A stretch of DNA of 64,000 nucleotides, from NCBI GenBank assembly GCA_964421125.1, contig CAYQVD010000004.1, forward strand, positions 930 through 64,929, written 5' to 3'. The notes under the pieces are model-generated. The model worked only from the letters and a program-made list of their open reading frames with translations. It had not been told where the DNA came from and ran no database searches. Origin of the DNA: an uncultured Bdellovibrionales bacterium (GTDB taxonomy: Bacteria > Patescibacteriota > Minisyncoccia > Moranbacterales > DUUL01). The position numbers and the translations under genes were made by a program. Below are positions 50,142-57,697 of this stretch, in pieces (within the stretch, counting starts at the first letter, position 1; each line of letters starts with the position of its first letter).

Positions 50142-50591
50142 ATGGCTAAAATATTAGGCAAAAGTAAATTAGATGATTTGCACAGAGCAATTTCTTCTAG
50201 CGGCAAATTAACAGTAATAACAAAAAAACAGGGGAATGGTCAGGAAATAATTGTTGAGGAAAAAAAGTTAAGGATGGTTTTTATTAAAAAACTTGTAAAA
50301 AATAATCCTGAATTAATTAACATGCCTCAAGGAAAAGAGAATCTAACTGCTCTACACAAAGCAGTACAAAGAAAAGATATTAAGTTGCTCGATTTTTTTA
50401 TTAACAATGGGGGAAATCTTATGAAAGTCGATAAATATGATCGTACTGCTTTGGATATTGCTAATAATAATCACGGAGGCAAAAAAATTGATAAAGATAT
50501 TATGAAACTTTTTGTTTCGACCATAAAAAATAAAAAAGAATCATCAGAAGATGGGTGTTCTCTTTGGCCTCTTTTATTGTTTTTTTTATAG
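50142..50591 (+). CDS. Ankyrin-repeat protein
   Basis: TALHKAV....IKLLDFFINNGGN....DKYDRTALDIA; SD AAGGAGG; upstream TATAAT. Confidence 0.8.
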   Translation: MAKILGKSKLDDLHRAISSSGKLTVITKKQGNGQEIIVEEKKLRMVFIKKLVKNNPELINMPQGKENLTALHKAVQRKDIKLLDFFINNGGNLMKVDKYDRTALDIANNNHGGKKIDKDIMKLFVSTIKNKKESSEDGCSLWPLLLFFL

Positions 50592-50782
50592 CAGATTAAA
50601 CAGGTTGTAAAAGTATAGAAAAAAATTAATGATAAATAACTATGTAAATTAAGAAGCGCTTGAAAAATTTGGCGCTTCTTTTAATTTGGACAAGTGTTGA
50701 TTTTTTATAATTATATGCTAGACTTTGAGAAGTTTTCAATCAACTAGTTAACTGCAAAAGGTTATTTGTTAATTGTTGACAC

Positions 50783-51092
50783 GCCGGGGTAGCTCAGTGG
50801 TAGAGCAAAGGACTGGTTTTCGGTCCACTTCAGAGTAATCTGTTGTTAAAAATTGGGTGAATTCGGGGAAACCTAAGTTTGTTTAAACAAATAAGGCAAT
50901 CCCGAGCCAAGCTTCAAAGGGCTTTGTTTTTGAAGAAGGTGTAGAGACTAGCAGGTGAGTCCCAACAATAATCTTGCATAAGCGCCCAACTCCTATTAGT
51001 TAAATAGGATGATGAGATAGTCCAATCTTTTAGGAAACTTTAAGGCAAACAGGAAAATCCTTGTGTCGAGAGTTCAATTCTCTCCCCCGGCA
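50783..51092 (+). tRNA. tRNA-Phe(GAA) split by a group I intron (exons 50783-50814 and 51053-51092)
   Basis: Joined exons give GCCGGGGTAGCTCAGTGGTAGAGCAAAGGACT/GAAAATCCTTGTGTCGAGAGTTCAATTCTCTCCCCCGGCA, a complete cloverleaf. Confidence 0.92.
50815..51052 (+). ncRNA. Self-splicing group I intron (238 nt, no ORF)
   Basis: Starts after U33 and ends in G; P1 GGACU/GGUCC with U-G at the splice site; core elements AATTCGGGGAA (P), AATCCCGAGC (Q), GTAGAGACTA (R), GAGATAGTCC (S). Confidence 0.9.
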
Positions 51093-51253
51093 CTAAATTA
51101 TTGTGGAGCAGAAATAGCTGTTTAAAGAGTTTCAGTAGCAGTTGATTCGCGCCGTATGGGTGGGCAATTTTCTTTTTCAGCACCATTAAAAAATCAAAGT
51201 TCATTTAAATAGGCTAATGTTAAGCGGGCCTGTCCGCCGAAGCGTAGCGAAAG

Positions 51254-51325
51254 GCGGGTGTAGTATAATGGTTATTACATCAGGTTGCCAATCTGAATAC
51301 GGCGGTTCGATTCCGCTCACCCGCT
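51254..51325 (+). tRNA. tRNA-Gly(GCC)
   Basis: GCGGGTGTAGTATAATGGTTATTACATCAGGTT-GCC-AATCTGAATACGGCGGTTCGATTCCGCTCACCCGCT. Confidence 0.92.
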
Positions 51326-51334
51326 CACTTTTAC

Positions 51335-51360
51335 AAAAAACACTCAGATGAGTGTTTTTT
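51335..51360. terminator. Bidirectional terminator
   Basis: AAAAAACACTCAGATGAGTGTTTTTT. Confidence 0.7.
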
Positions 51361-51412
51361 GTTTTATAGTATAGTATTATTTTGTTTTACTGAAACCATA
51401 ATTACTGCGTAT

Positions 51413-52546
51413 TTACTTTTTAAAATAATTTTTTCCGTAATTTTCATAGTATTTGAAAATTTCCGGAATTGCCAGCCATTTATCTGACTGGAAACGAAGA
51501 TCTTCTGAAACTTTTAAGCGCTCATTTACTGGCAATTGCATGTGGTAGCAAGTTGTCAGTATTCCATCGGCGTCCATTCTTACTCGGTTAATAAAGTCTC
51601 CGGGAAAAGGATATGCTCCCAGAAAAAGATTGGGAGCGAGTTGGCGAATTAAAAATCCTTCATCTAAATCAGTAATCAAATCTGAAAACTCCAGGTTGGA
51701 AAAATATTTTTTCCATATTACGTGCAGAAGATTTGGAGAAAGAAAATCAACTTTAATCAAAACCTTGGTTTGCAGAGTTTTAGTTTGTAAATCTTCAATT
51801 AATTTTATCAGCAAAGAATCACTATCGCTTTTTCCTTCAAGGGTACATCTTGTAAAAAAGACCATTGGCAAGTTGAGATTTGAAATGTCATTGATTGTTT
51901 GAAAAGGATCGACACCATTTTTAACGAGAATGCAAGAAGCAGTGGCCTTAACATTATTCTCATTTAACATTTTAGCAGCTTTCAGTGATGCTGGGTAATT
52001 CTTTTTTTCGCCGATACTAAAATCTGTAAGAATATTGTTTTTTGCTAAATAAACAGCAATATCCTTGGTTAAATTTATGCCATTAGTAATAATGGCTTTG
52101 CGGGGAGCTTGCACCATTTCTAGAACGTTACGGGTGCGGTTCCATGTTTCAAGCGGTTCCATGCCAACGATGGCAAAATCAACCGCCTGAAGTTTATTGC
52201 TGACAGAAGAGAGTTCTTTTTCAGTGGGAAGGCTTTTGATCTGCATATTGCGTTTTCGTAAGTAGCAATGTCGGCATCCCAAAGAACATTGATTATTTGA
52301 AAAGGCTGAAACGCTCATGTTCAACGGAATGTTTTGTATGGTGGAGAAAAAATCAGTCCAAGACATTTTTTTGTTTGCTGTCATGAGAGTTGCTTTCTGA
52401 AAATTTTCATTTGGCTTCGTGAGTGAAGCTTTCTCTGTCAGCAGTTCTTTGCTTCCTTCTATTCCTAATGCCATAATATCATCTCCTTTCCTTTCTTGAT
52501 TATATGAATAAAGTATTCCTTTGCTTCCTTCAAATCCTACTGCCAT
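51413..52546 (-). CDS. Radical SAM protein (two SD-equipped starts, 52546 and 52474)
   Basis: CxxxCxxC (CSLGCRHC), GMEPL, ITNG. Confidence 0.85.
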   Translation of the reverse strand: MAVGFEGSKGILYSYNQERKGDDIMALGIEGSKELLTEKASLTKPNENFQKATLMTANKKMSWTDFFSTIQNIPLNMSVSAFSNNQCSLGCRHCYLRKRNMQIKSLPTEKELSSVSNKLQAVDFAIVGMEPLETWNRTRNVLEMVQAPRKAIITNGINLTKDIAVYLAKNNILTDFSIGEKKNYPASLKAAKMLNENNVKATASCILVKNGVDPFQTINDISNLNLPMVFFTRCTLEGKSDSDSLLIKLIEDLQTKTLQTKVLIKVDFLSPNLLHVIWKKYFSNLEFSDLITDLDEGFLIRQLAPNLFLGAYPFPGDFINRVRMDADGILTTCYHMQLPVNERLKVSEDLRFQSDKWLAIPEIFKYYENYGKNYFKK

Positions 52547-52649
52547 AGTATCTTCTCCTATTATTAAATGTTTTTTCAAGGAACTAACTGTATGCAATAT
52601 AGTATGTAGAATTGACAAGAATGTAAAAAAATGTACAATTTATGTACAT

Positions 52650-53336
52650 ATGAAAAAGAATCAATTAAAATCTAGTGAATATCTTGTCTTAACTTCAACT
52701 GAAGAAAAAATCGTTTTTCTTTTGGAATCACAACATAAAAAAATGTCAATTTCAGAAATTTCAAAAGAAGTTCAGCTTGCTCGATCTAGCATTTATCGAT
52801 CAATAAGGTCATTGATTAATAAAGAAGTTGTAATAAAAGAACAATTTAAATATTTTTTGACTTTGGATGGTTTAGTGCAAAGTAAGAAATATGTCTTTAA
52901 AGAAAAGATAGAGGATCTTTTGAAAGAAATGCTTAGTTTAAAAAAAGGAGAAATTATTTATTCAATAGAATCTGATGAGGAAATAGAATATCTTTTTAAA
53001 AAAGAGAAGGGTCTTTTAAATTGGCAAAAAAATATTGCCGATAAAGGTATAGTTCTCAAGGGAATAGGAAGTATTAGGGCGTTGTCTTTTTTTAGAAGTA
53101 TTCAGAGTAAAAATTTAAATGCTCAAATAAAAAGAAGAAGCGGTTCTGCGAGATTTATAGTTGAAACTCTCTCTGGCCCTTGTATATTAGTTTCTTTTCG
53201 AAGTTCAATTATATTTTTTTCAAGAAAAAATAAATATTTTTATCGTATAGATGATATTAATGTTTCACGATTTATACAAATTGTTATTGAGACGCTTTAT
53301 TTAAATCTTCAGTATGAACCATTAGTTATTAATTAG
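52650..53336 (+). CDS. HTH regulator, divergent TrmB-like
   Basis: MSISEISKEVQLARSSIYRSIRSL HTH; palindrome ATGTACAATTTATGTACAT directly before the ATG. Confidence 0.72.
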   Translation: MKKNQLKSSEYLVLTSTEEKIVFLLESQHKKMSISEISKEVQLARSSIYRSIRSLINKEVVIKEQFKYFLTLDGLVQSKKYVFKEKIEDLLKEMLSLKKGEIIYSIESDEEIEYLFKKEKGLLNWQKNIADKGIVLKGIGSIRALSFFRSIQSKNLNAQIKRRSGSARFIVETLSGPCILVSFRSSIIFFSRKNKYFYRIDDINVSRFIQIVIETLYLNLQYEPLVIN

Positions 53337-53542
53337 TTTTGACTATAAATAAAATTGAACTATACTTAAAACTAACAGATTAAGTAACACAAAAAGAAGA
53401 TTCTTATTTAATTATATTTATGGTATAATAAGTTTGATCAGAAAATTTTAAATAAAAACTATTAAAAATTAAAAATCTTGTGAAACAATTTGCTTCTTAA
53501 ATTAAAAATTGAAGATTTTTGCTTCACTGGTCAAGTAAAAAA

Positions 53543-54520
53543 ATGATTGCACTGAACGAAAAAGTTAAAAAAGCTTTTAAAATAGTGGGGGTAATAGTAG
53601 TGTTGTTAATTCTGTGGGGAATTTATAGTCTTTTTACGGGAGGTGAAAATAGGTTAGGCTCCTCATCTTATGAAACAGGACTTTCTTCTTCTGATCGAAG
53701 TGTGAATATTAGTGCTCCTCTTGTTGCTATCCCTGAAATGGTACAAAAAAGTCATCAAACAGATTCAATGGAGTTAGTGGAAGGTAATTTTATTGAAGAT
53801 AGAGTTGGTAGTGCAATTCCAGTTGATAAAAAGGTTATTAAAAATGGAAATCTTAGTTTGAAAATTGAAAAAACAGAAGAAGCGGCGGAAGAAATTTCTC
53901 AGATTATAAAAGGTCAAGGAGGTGAAATATTTTCTACTAATTTTTATGAAAGAGTGAAGGGACAGAAAAGTGGAAATATGACAGTAAAGGTTCCAGTTCA
54001 AAAATTTGAAGAAACTATTGGAAAAGTAAAAGAGATAGCTACGCAGGTTATTTCAGAATCAACTACTGGTCAAGATGTGACGGAGCAATATGTTGATCTT
54101 CAAATTCAAGCTAAGAATAAGAGGGCAGAGGAAGAAAGTTTTGTAAAAATTCTTGATCGAGCAGGAGAAATTGATGATGTATTAGCGGTCACTAAACAAA
54201 TCTCGAGAGTGAGAGGTGAAATCGAAAGATTAGAAGGCAGAATTAAGGTTATGGATTCTCAGACGGATATGTCCACAATCACAATTAGTTTGAGTGAGGA
54301 TATTGAGATAGCACCAATTAGTAATGATTGGCGACCATGGCAAGTAGTTAAGAAATCTTTTAGTGAATTAGTTGATAGCATGCAAGGATTTATTAATGGA
54401 GTAATTCATTTTGTTATTGTGACACTTCCATCGTTGATCATTTTTTTGTTGATTGTTTGGATTGTGTGGAGTGTTGGAAAGAGAATTTTCAAGAAAATAT
54501 TTGGCAAGAAAGCTGAATAG
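53543..54520 (+). CDS. DUF4349-domain protein
   Basis: KVIKNGNLSL, TVKVP..KF, DVTEQYVDL, EIERLEG, MSTITISL, C-terminal TM segment. Confidence 0.88.
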   Translation: MIALNEKVKKAFKIVGVIVVLLILWGIYSLFTGGENRLGSSSYETGLSSSDRSVNISAPLVAIPEMVQKSHQTDSMELVEGNFIEDRVGSAIPVDKKVIKNGNLSLKIEKTEEAAEEISQIIKGQGGEIFSTNFYERVKGQKSGNMTVKVPVQKFEETIGKVKEIATQVISESTTGQDVTEQYVDLQIQAKNKRAEEESFVKILDRAGEIDDVLAVTKQISRVRGEIERLEGRIKVMDSQTDMSTITISLSEDIEIAPISNDWRPWQVVKKSFSELVDSMQGFINGVIHFVIVTLPSLIIFLLIVWIVWSVGKRIFKKIFGKKAE

Positions 54521-54591
54521 AATTAAAGATTATCTTATTTTAAAACAAGGCCAATAGGGCCTTGTTTTTTTAGCAACTAAGTATGAAGTCA

Positions 54592-55629
54592 TTATCTTAA
54601 GATGTCGACTATATTTTTTATACCCATTTTCTTCCAAGGTGTGTAAATAAGGTATGAGACTAAAGAATATTTTTTTGAAAGTGTTCTTGGGGTACAAATT
54701 GTGTTATAGGCATTAATGTCATCTTGAGTGAGTTGGGGGTTGTTTATATCTTGCTCATTCATGAGATAATGCATGATTGATTTTGGATTTTCGACATGTT
54801 CTTCAATTCCAAGGGAATGACCAAATTCGTGCATTAAAACGAGCAAAAGATCATCTTTCGCTTTGAATTGGAAAATTGTAATATTATCGAGAGGGGAAGT
54901 ATAAAGACCTTGAACAAAAGGTTGAGGTTCTCCATATTTTTCCTTGAAAGTTTCTAATTTTTCGTTGATATTATTAGATTGAAGGTTTAGTTGACTGGCA
55001 AGAGAATTGATTTTGTTAACTAAATCATTTATTTCATTGTTAAGATTTTCAAGTTTTTTTTGATCTTTTTCTAAGTCTTTTCTGTCATCCTTAAGGTCGT
55101 CATAAACATCTGGCGGAGCTCCTCCTTTTTTATTCCATTTTTCTATCGTCTTTTCATATTCCGAAACATTTTTTTCGAATTCTTTCAGGAGTTCATTGTA
55201 TTGGTTGGTTAATTTTTCATATTGAGATTGAAGGGAGTCATATTGTTGTTGAAGAGGTGCCTTGGTCTCTTCGTATTCTTCAATTCTTTCATCCAATGCC
55301 TGTCCTTCATAAGTCATTTCTTGTCGTTCGTCATAAAGTGTTTGTAGTTCAAAATCTGAATTTTGATCATAAATAAAAAGCTTCTTCCCAAGTGCTTTTT
55401 CCCAAAGAAGATGAGCTTTGAAGGTGGTTGCGAGGAAATCTGATTGAGAAACAGGAAAGCGTTCATCAATTTTTTCTAGTTTCCAGTGAATCGGCTCATC
55501 ACAACCTGGTTGTCCGGGAGGTAAAACGAAATATTTTGGTGCAGACTGAAGAGTAGTTGTGATTAACAGTACTCCAAAAATTAGAAGCATTCCCAATCGC
55601 CAATATTTTTTTAGAAAGTTTTTTATCAT
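54592..55629 (-). CDS. Matrixin-like zinc metalloprotease with coiled coil
   Basis: HEFGHSLGIEEH plus SIMH Met-turn; N-terminal TM segment. Confidence 0.85.
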   Translation of the reverse strand: MIKNFLKKYWRLGMLLIFGVLLITTTLQSAPKYFVLPPGQPGCDEPIHWKLEKIDERFPVSQSDFLATTFKAHLLWEKALGKKLFIYDQNSDFELQTLYDERQEMTYEGQALDERIEEYEETKAPLQQQYDSLQSQYEKLTNQYNELLKEFEKNVSEYEKTIEKWNKKGGAPPDVYDDLKDDRKDLEKDQKKLENLNNEINDLVNKINSLASQLNLQSNNINEKLETFKEKYGEPQPFVQGLYTSPLDNITIFQFKAKDDLLLVLMHEFGHSLGIEEHVENPKSIMHYLMNEQDINNPQLTQDDINAYNTICTPRTLSKKYSLVSYLIYTPWKKMGIKNIVDILR

Positions 55630-55650
55630 GAGGTTATTATAGCATAGATT

Positions 55651-55685
55651 TCCTCCCTTAATATAAGGGAGGATTAAGGAGGGTT
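55651..55685. repeat. REP-like hairpin with an extra purine tract
   Basis: TCCTCCCTTA-ATA-TAAGGGAGGA-TTAA-GGAGGG. Confidence 0.5.
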
Positions 55686-55686
55686 A

Positions 55687-56430
55687 TTAAAAAGAATTTT
55701 CATCTTCTTTTGCACCTTTCCATGCAAGCTTGAAAAGAAAGGTCATGTTTTTTGAAATTTCGGTGCTTTCGATGATTAGTCCGAGTTGTTCTGAAAAACT
55801 CATGAAAGCCACTTTGTTTTCATAAATATTCATTTCAATTGTGAAAGGAAAATCTTCTTTTGAGACAAGTCGAGTTTCTTTAATGTCTCTTAAGTCACCC
55901 TTCTTGTATTCAATTAGCTCTTCTGTGTCTGGCCCAATAGCCCGAACTGCAATTTGGGCTTTTTTTCTCTTGTCTCGATATTCATCAGCAAATTCTTGTC
56001 CAAGTTTTTTAATAATATTTTCTGTGACAAAAGCATAGAGATCTCCTCGGTATTTCAATGTATCTCGATAAACATCCTTGATTCCATTAATTCCTTCATA
56101 GTATCGAATAACAGGTTTTTCTCCGGATGTGTTCACTAAAGATTTTAAGGCTGGCATAAGAATCTCCAGTTTTTTTTGTTTTTCCTCAATAATTTTTTCA
56201 AGATTTTCTGGTTCTTCGGCGATAAACAAGCGTTTTTTGCCTTTTTTGGTTTGAGCAATCAAGCGTTTTTTTTCAAGTTCCGCCAAAACTTCATAAACAG
56301 TGGTTCTTTTGATGCCAGTTTTTCTTGATATTTCAATAACAGTCGATTGTCCCAGCTCCAAAAGGGCAATATAGGTTTCTGCTTGGTTATAATTCAGTCC
56401 AAATTGAGATAATTGTTCTGATATTTGCAT
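55687..56430 (-). CDS. TrmB-family transcriptional regulator
   Basis: YIALLELGQSTVIEISRKTGIKRTTVYE, KPVIRYYEG. Confidence 0.88.
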   Translation of the reverse strand: MQISEQLSQFGLNYNQAETYIALLELGQSTVIEISRKTGIKRTTVYEVLAELEKKRLIAQTKKGKKRLFIAEEPENLEKIIEEKQKKLEILMPALKSLVNTSGEKPVIRYYEGINGIKDVYRDTLKYRGDLYAFVTENIIKKLGQEFADEYRDKRKKAQIAVRAIGPDTEELIEYKKGDLRDIKETRLVSKEDFPFTIEMNIYENKVAFMSFSEQLGLIIESTEISKNMTFLFKLAWKGAKEDENSF

Positions 56431-56454
56431 GTTTTTGTTGTTAAAACATTAAAA

Positions 56455-56670
56455 TGTCGTAAAAATATGACAACATTTATATTATATCATAATCACCATA
56501 AAAGTCAATTAAATAGGGCATTATTCAAAAGTTTAGAAACTTTTAAAACAGTCATAAGTCGTAAACGATTGACAAATACTTAAAATTGTGATATATTATA
56601 TTGTTACGATGAAGTTGTTTCAAAGTAACAAGTAAAAAAAGTTCTTTAAATTATGAAAAGGAGAGGGAAA
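56455..56670. promoter_or_regulatory. Operators, divergent promoters and conserved leader copy 4
   Basis: TGTCGT-N6-ATGACA 56455-56472; AGTCGT-N6-TTGACA 56557-56574; TTGTTACGATGAAGTTGTTTCAAAGTAACAA 56601-56631; GTTCTTTAAA 56641; AAGGAG 56658. Confidence 0.72.
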
Positions 56671-57057
56671 ATGTCAGAAGAAAAAAGAATGAAATTAACG
56701 GTGCCTGGTTGTCATAAGACTGAAATGATTACACACAGTCCAGTTTCCGAGAGTGTCTATAATTGGGGAGGTGGGTTTATTATTAAAACTTATGCAAAAA
56801 CTTCCTTTGGATCGGAAACTCTTAACGAGCAATTTTCGATTCTCTCTGACATGGTTATAGAAAATTCAAAAACTGGTGATTGTGAGGGCTGTGTCTGCAA
56901 TAATGATCAATGCAAAAGGTTACCGGGGCTTATTGATGCCGTTGTTAAAAATTTCTCTGGGACAGCTTGGTTTATAGACGTAACTAAGAAAAAAATTGTA
57001 AAAGTTGAAAATCGTGAGGAGGCGATCAATATTATGAGAAAAGTTGAGAAAAGTTAA
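56671..57057 (+). CDS. Hypothetical Cys-containing orphan protein
   Basis: SD-defined start MSEEK; CEGCVC....C cluster. Confidence 0.68.
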   Translation: MSEEKRMKLTVPGCHKTEMITHSPVSESVYNWGGGFIIKTYAKTSFGSETLNEQFSILSDMVIENSKTGDCEGCVCNNDQCKRLPGLIDAVVKNFSGTAWFIDVTKKKIVKVENREEAINIMRKVEKS

Positions 57058-57062
57058 AAAAT

Positions 57063-57175
57063 CGGGAAGCTCTGCTTAATAAGCACCTTCCCAATTCTCT
57101 CGGGGTTATTTGAGTGGTTTAAATAGCTCCGAGTAGAGTTAAAGTTATTTGAAATTGAATATAAAAAAAAGGAGA
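57063..57175 (+). repeat. Structured inter-gene repeat, diverged copy C
   Basis: CGGGAAG...CTTCCCAATTCTCTCGG...CCGAGTAGAGTTAAAG shared with 3842/4313; inner stems differ but still pair. Confidence 0.85.
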
Positions 57176-57181
57176 AAGAAA

Positions 57182-57593
57182 ATGAAACATAGATTAATGA
57201 TAGTGGAAGATCAATTAATTAATATGATTTGTGCATTAACTGCTTTTACTGAGATGATTGATATTGAGGTGGGCGATGTGCAAGGGACTGTTTTGGGTGC
57301 ATTGAAGATGATTGACGAGTTTTGTCCAATGATGGTCCTTAAATTCTATTCCAAATCTTAATGGCGGAGGGAGTGGAACTGAAATCGGAGAAGTTTTGAA
57401 AGCAAAAAATATCCCGTTTCTTTATGTGACAGGGGTTGGACCAAATCCGAGTCATGACTGTATTAACGCAGTCGAAATTCAAGATTCTGACTTCAAAACT
57501 CTTGAGAGATTTGAATGTGTTGATAAGAATCCTGAAATTTGGCAAAAGGGTTTTGAAATTTTAAAGGAAAGAATCAGAAGGGAGATTGAATAA
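57182..57593 (+). pseudogene. Frameshifted receiver-domain gene
   Basis: MKHRLMIVEDQ...DEFCPMMVL in one frame and LNGGGSGTEIGEVLKAKNIPFLYVTG in the next; shift near 57340. Confidence 0.65.
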
Positions 57594-57596
57594 TCA

Positions 57597-57634
57597 TAAG
57601 CAGGAAGATATAAAATATTTTCCTGCTTATTTTT
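57597..57634 (+). terminator. Rho-independent terminator closing the orphan-gene unit
   Basis: TAAGCAGGAAGATA...TATTTTCCTGCTTA followed by a T tract. Confidence 0.7.
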
Positions 57635-57697
57635 TATTTTCAATAAATAAGCTATACTTAGTATAGGTTTTTAAATGATAAATTATATATAGTATTT

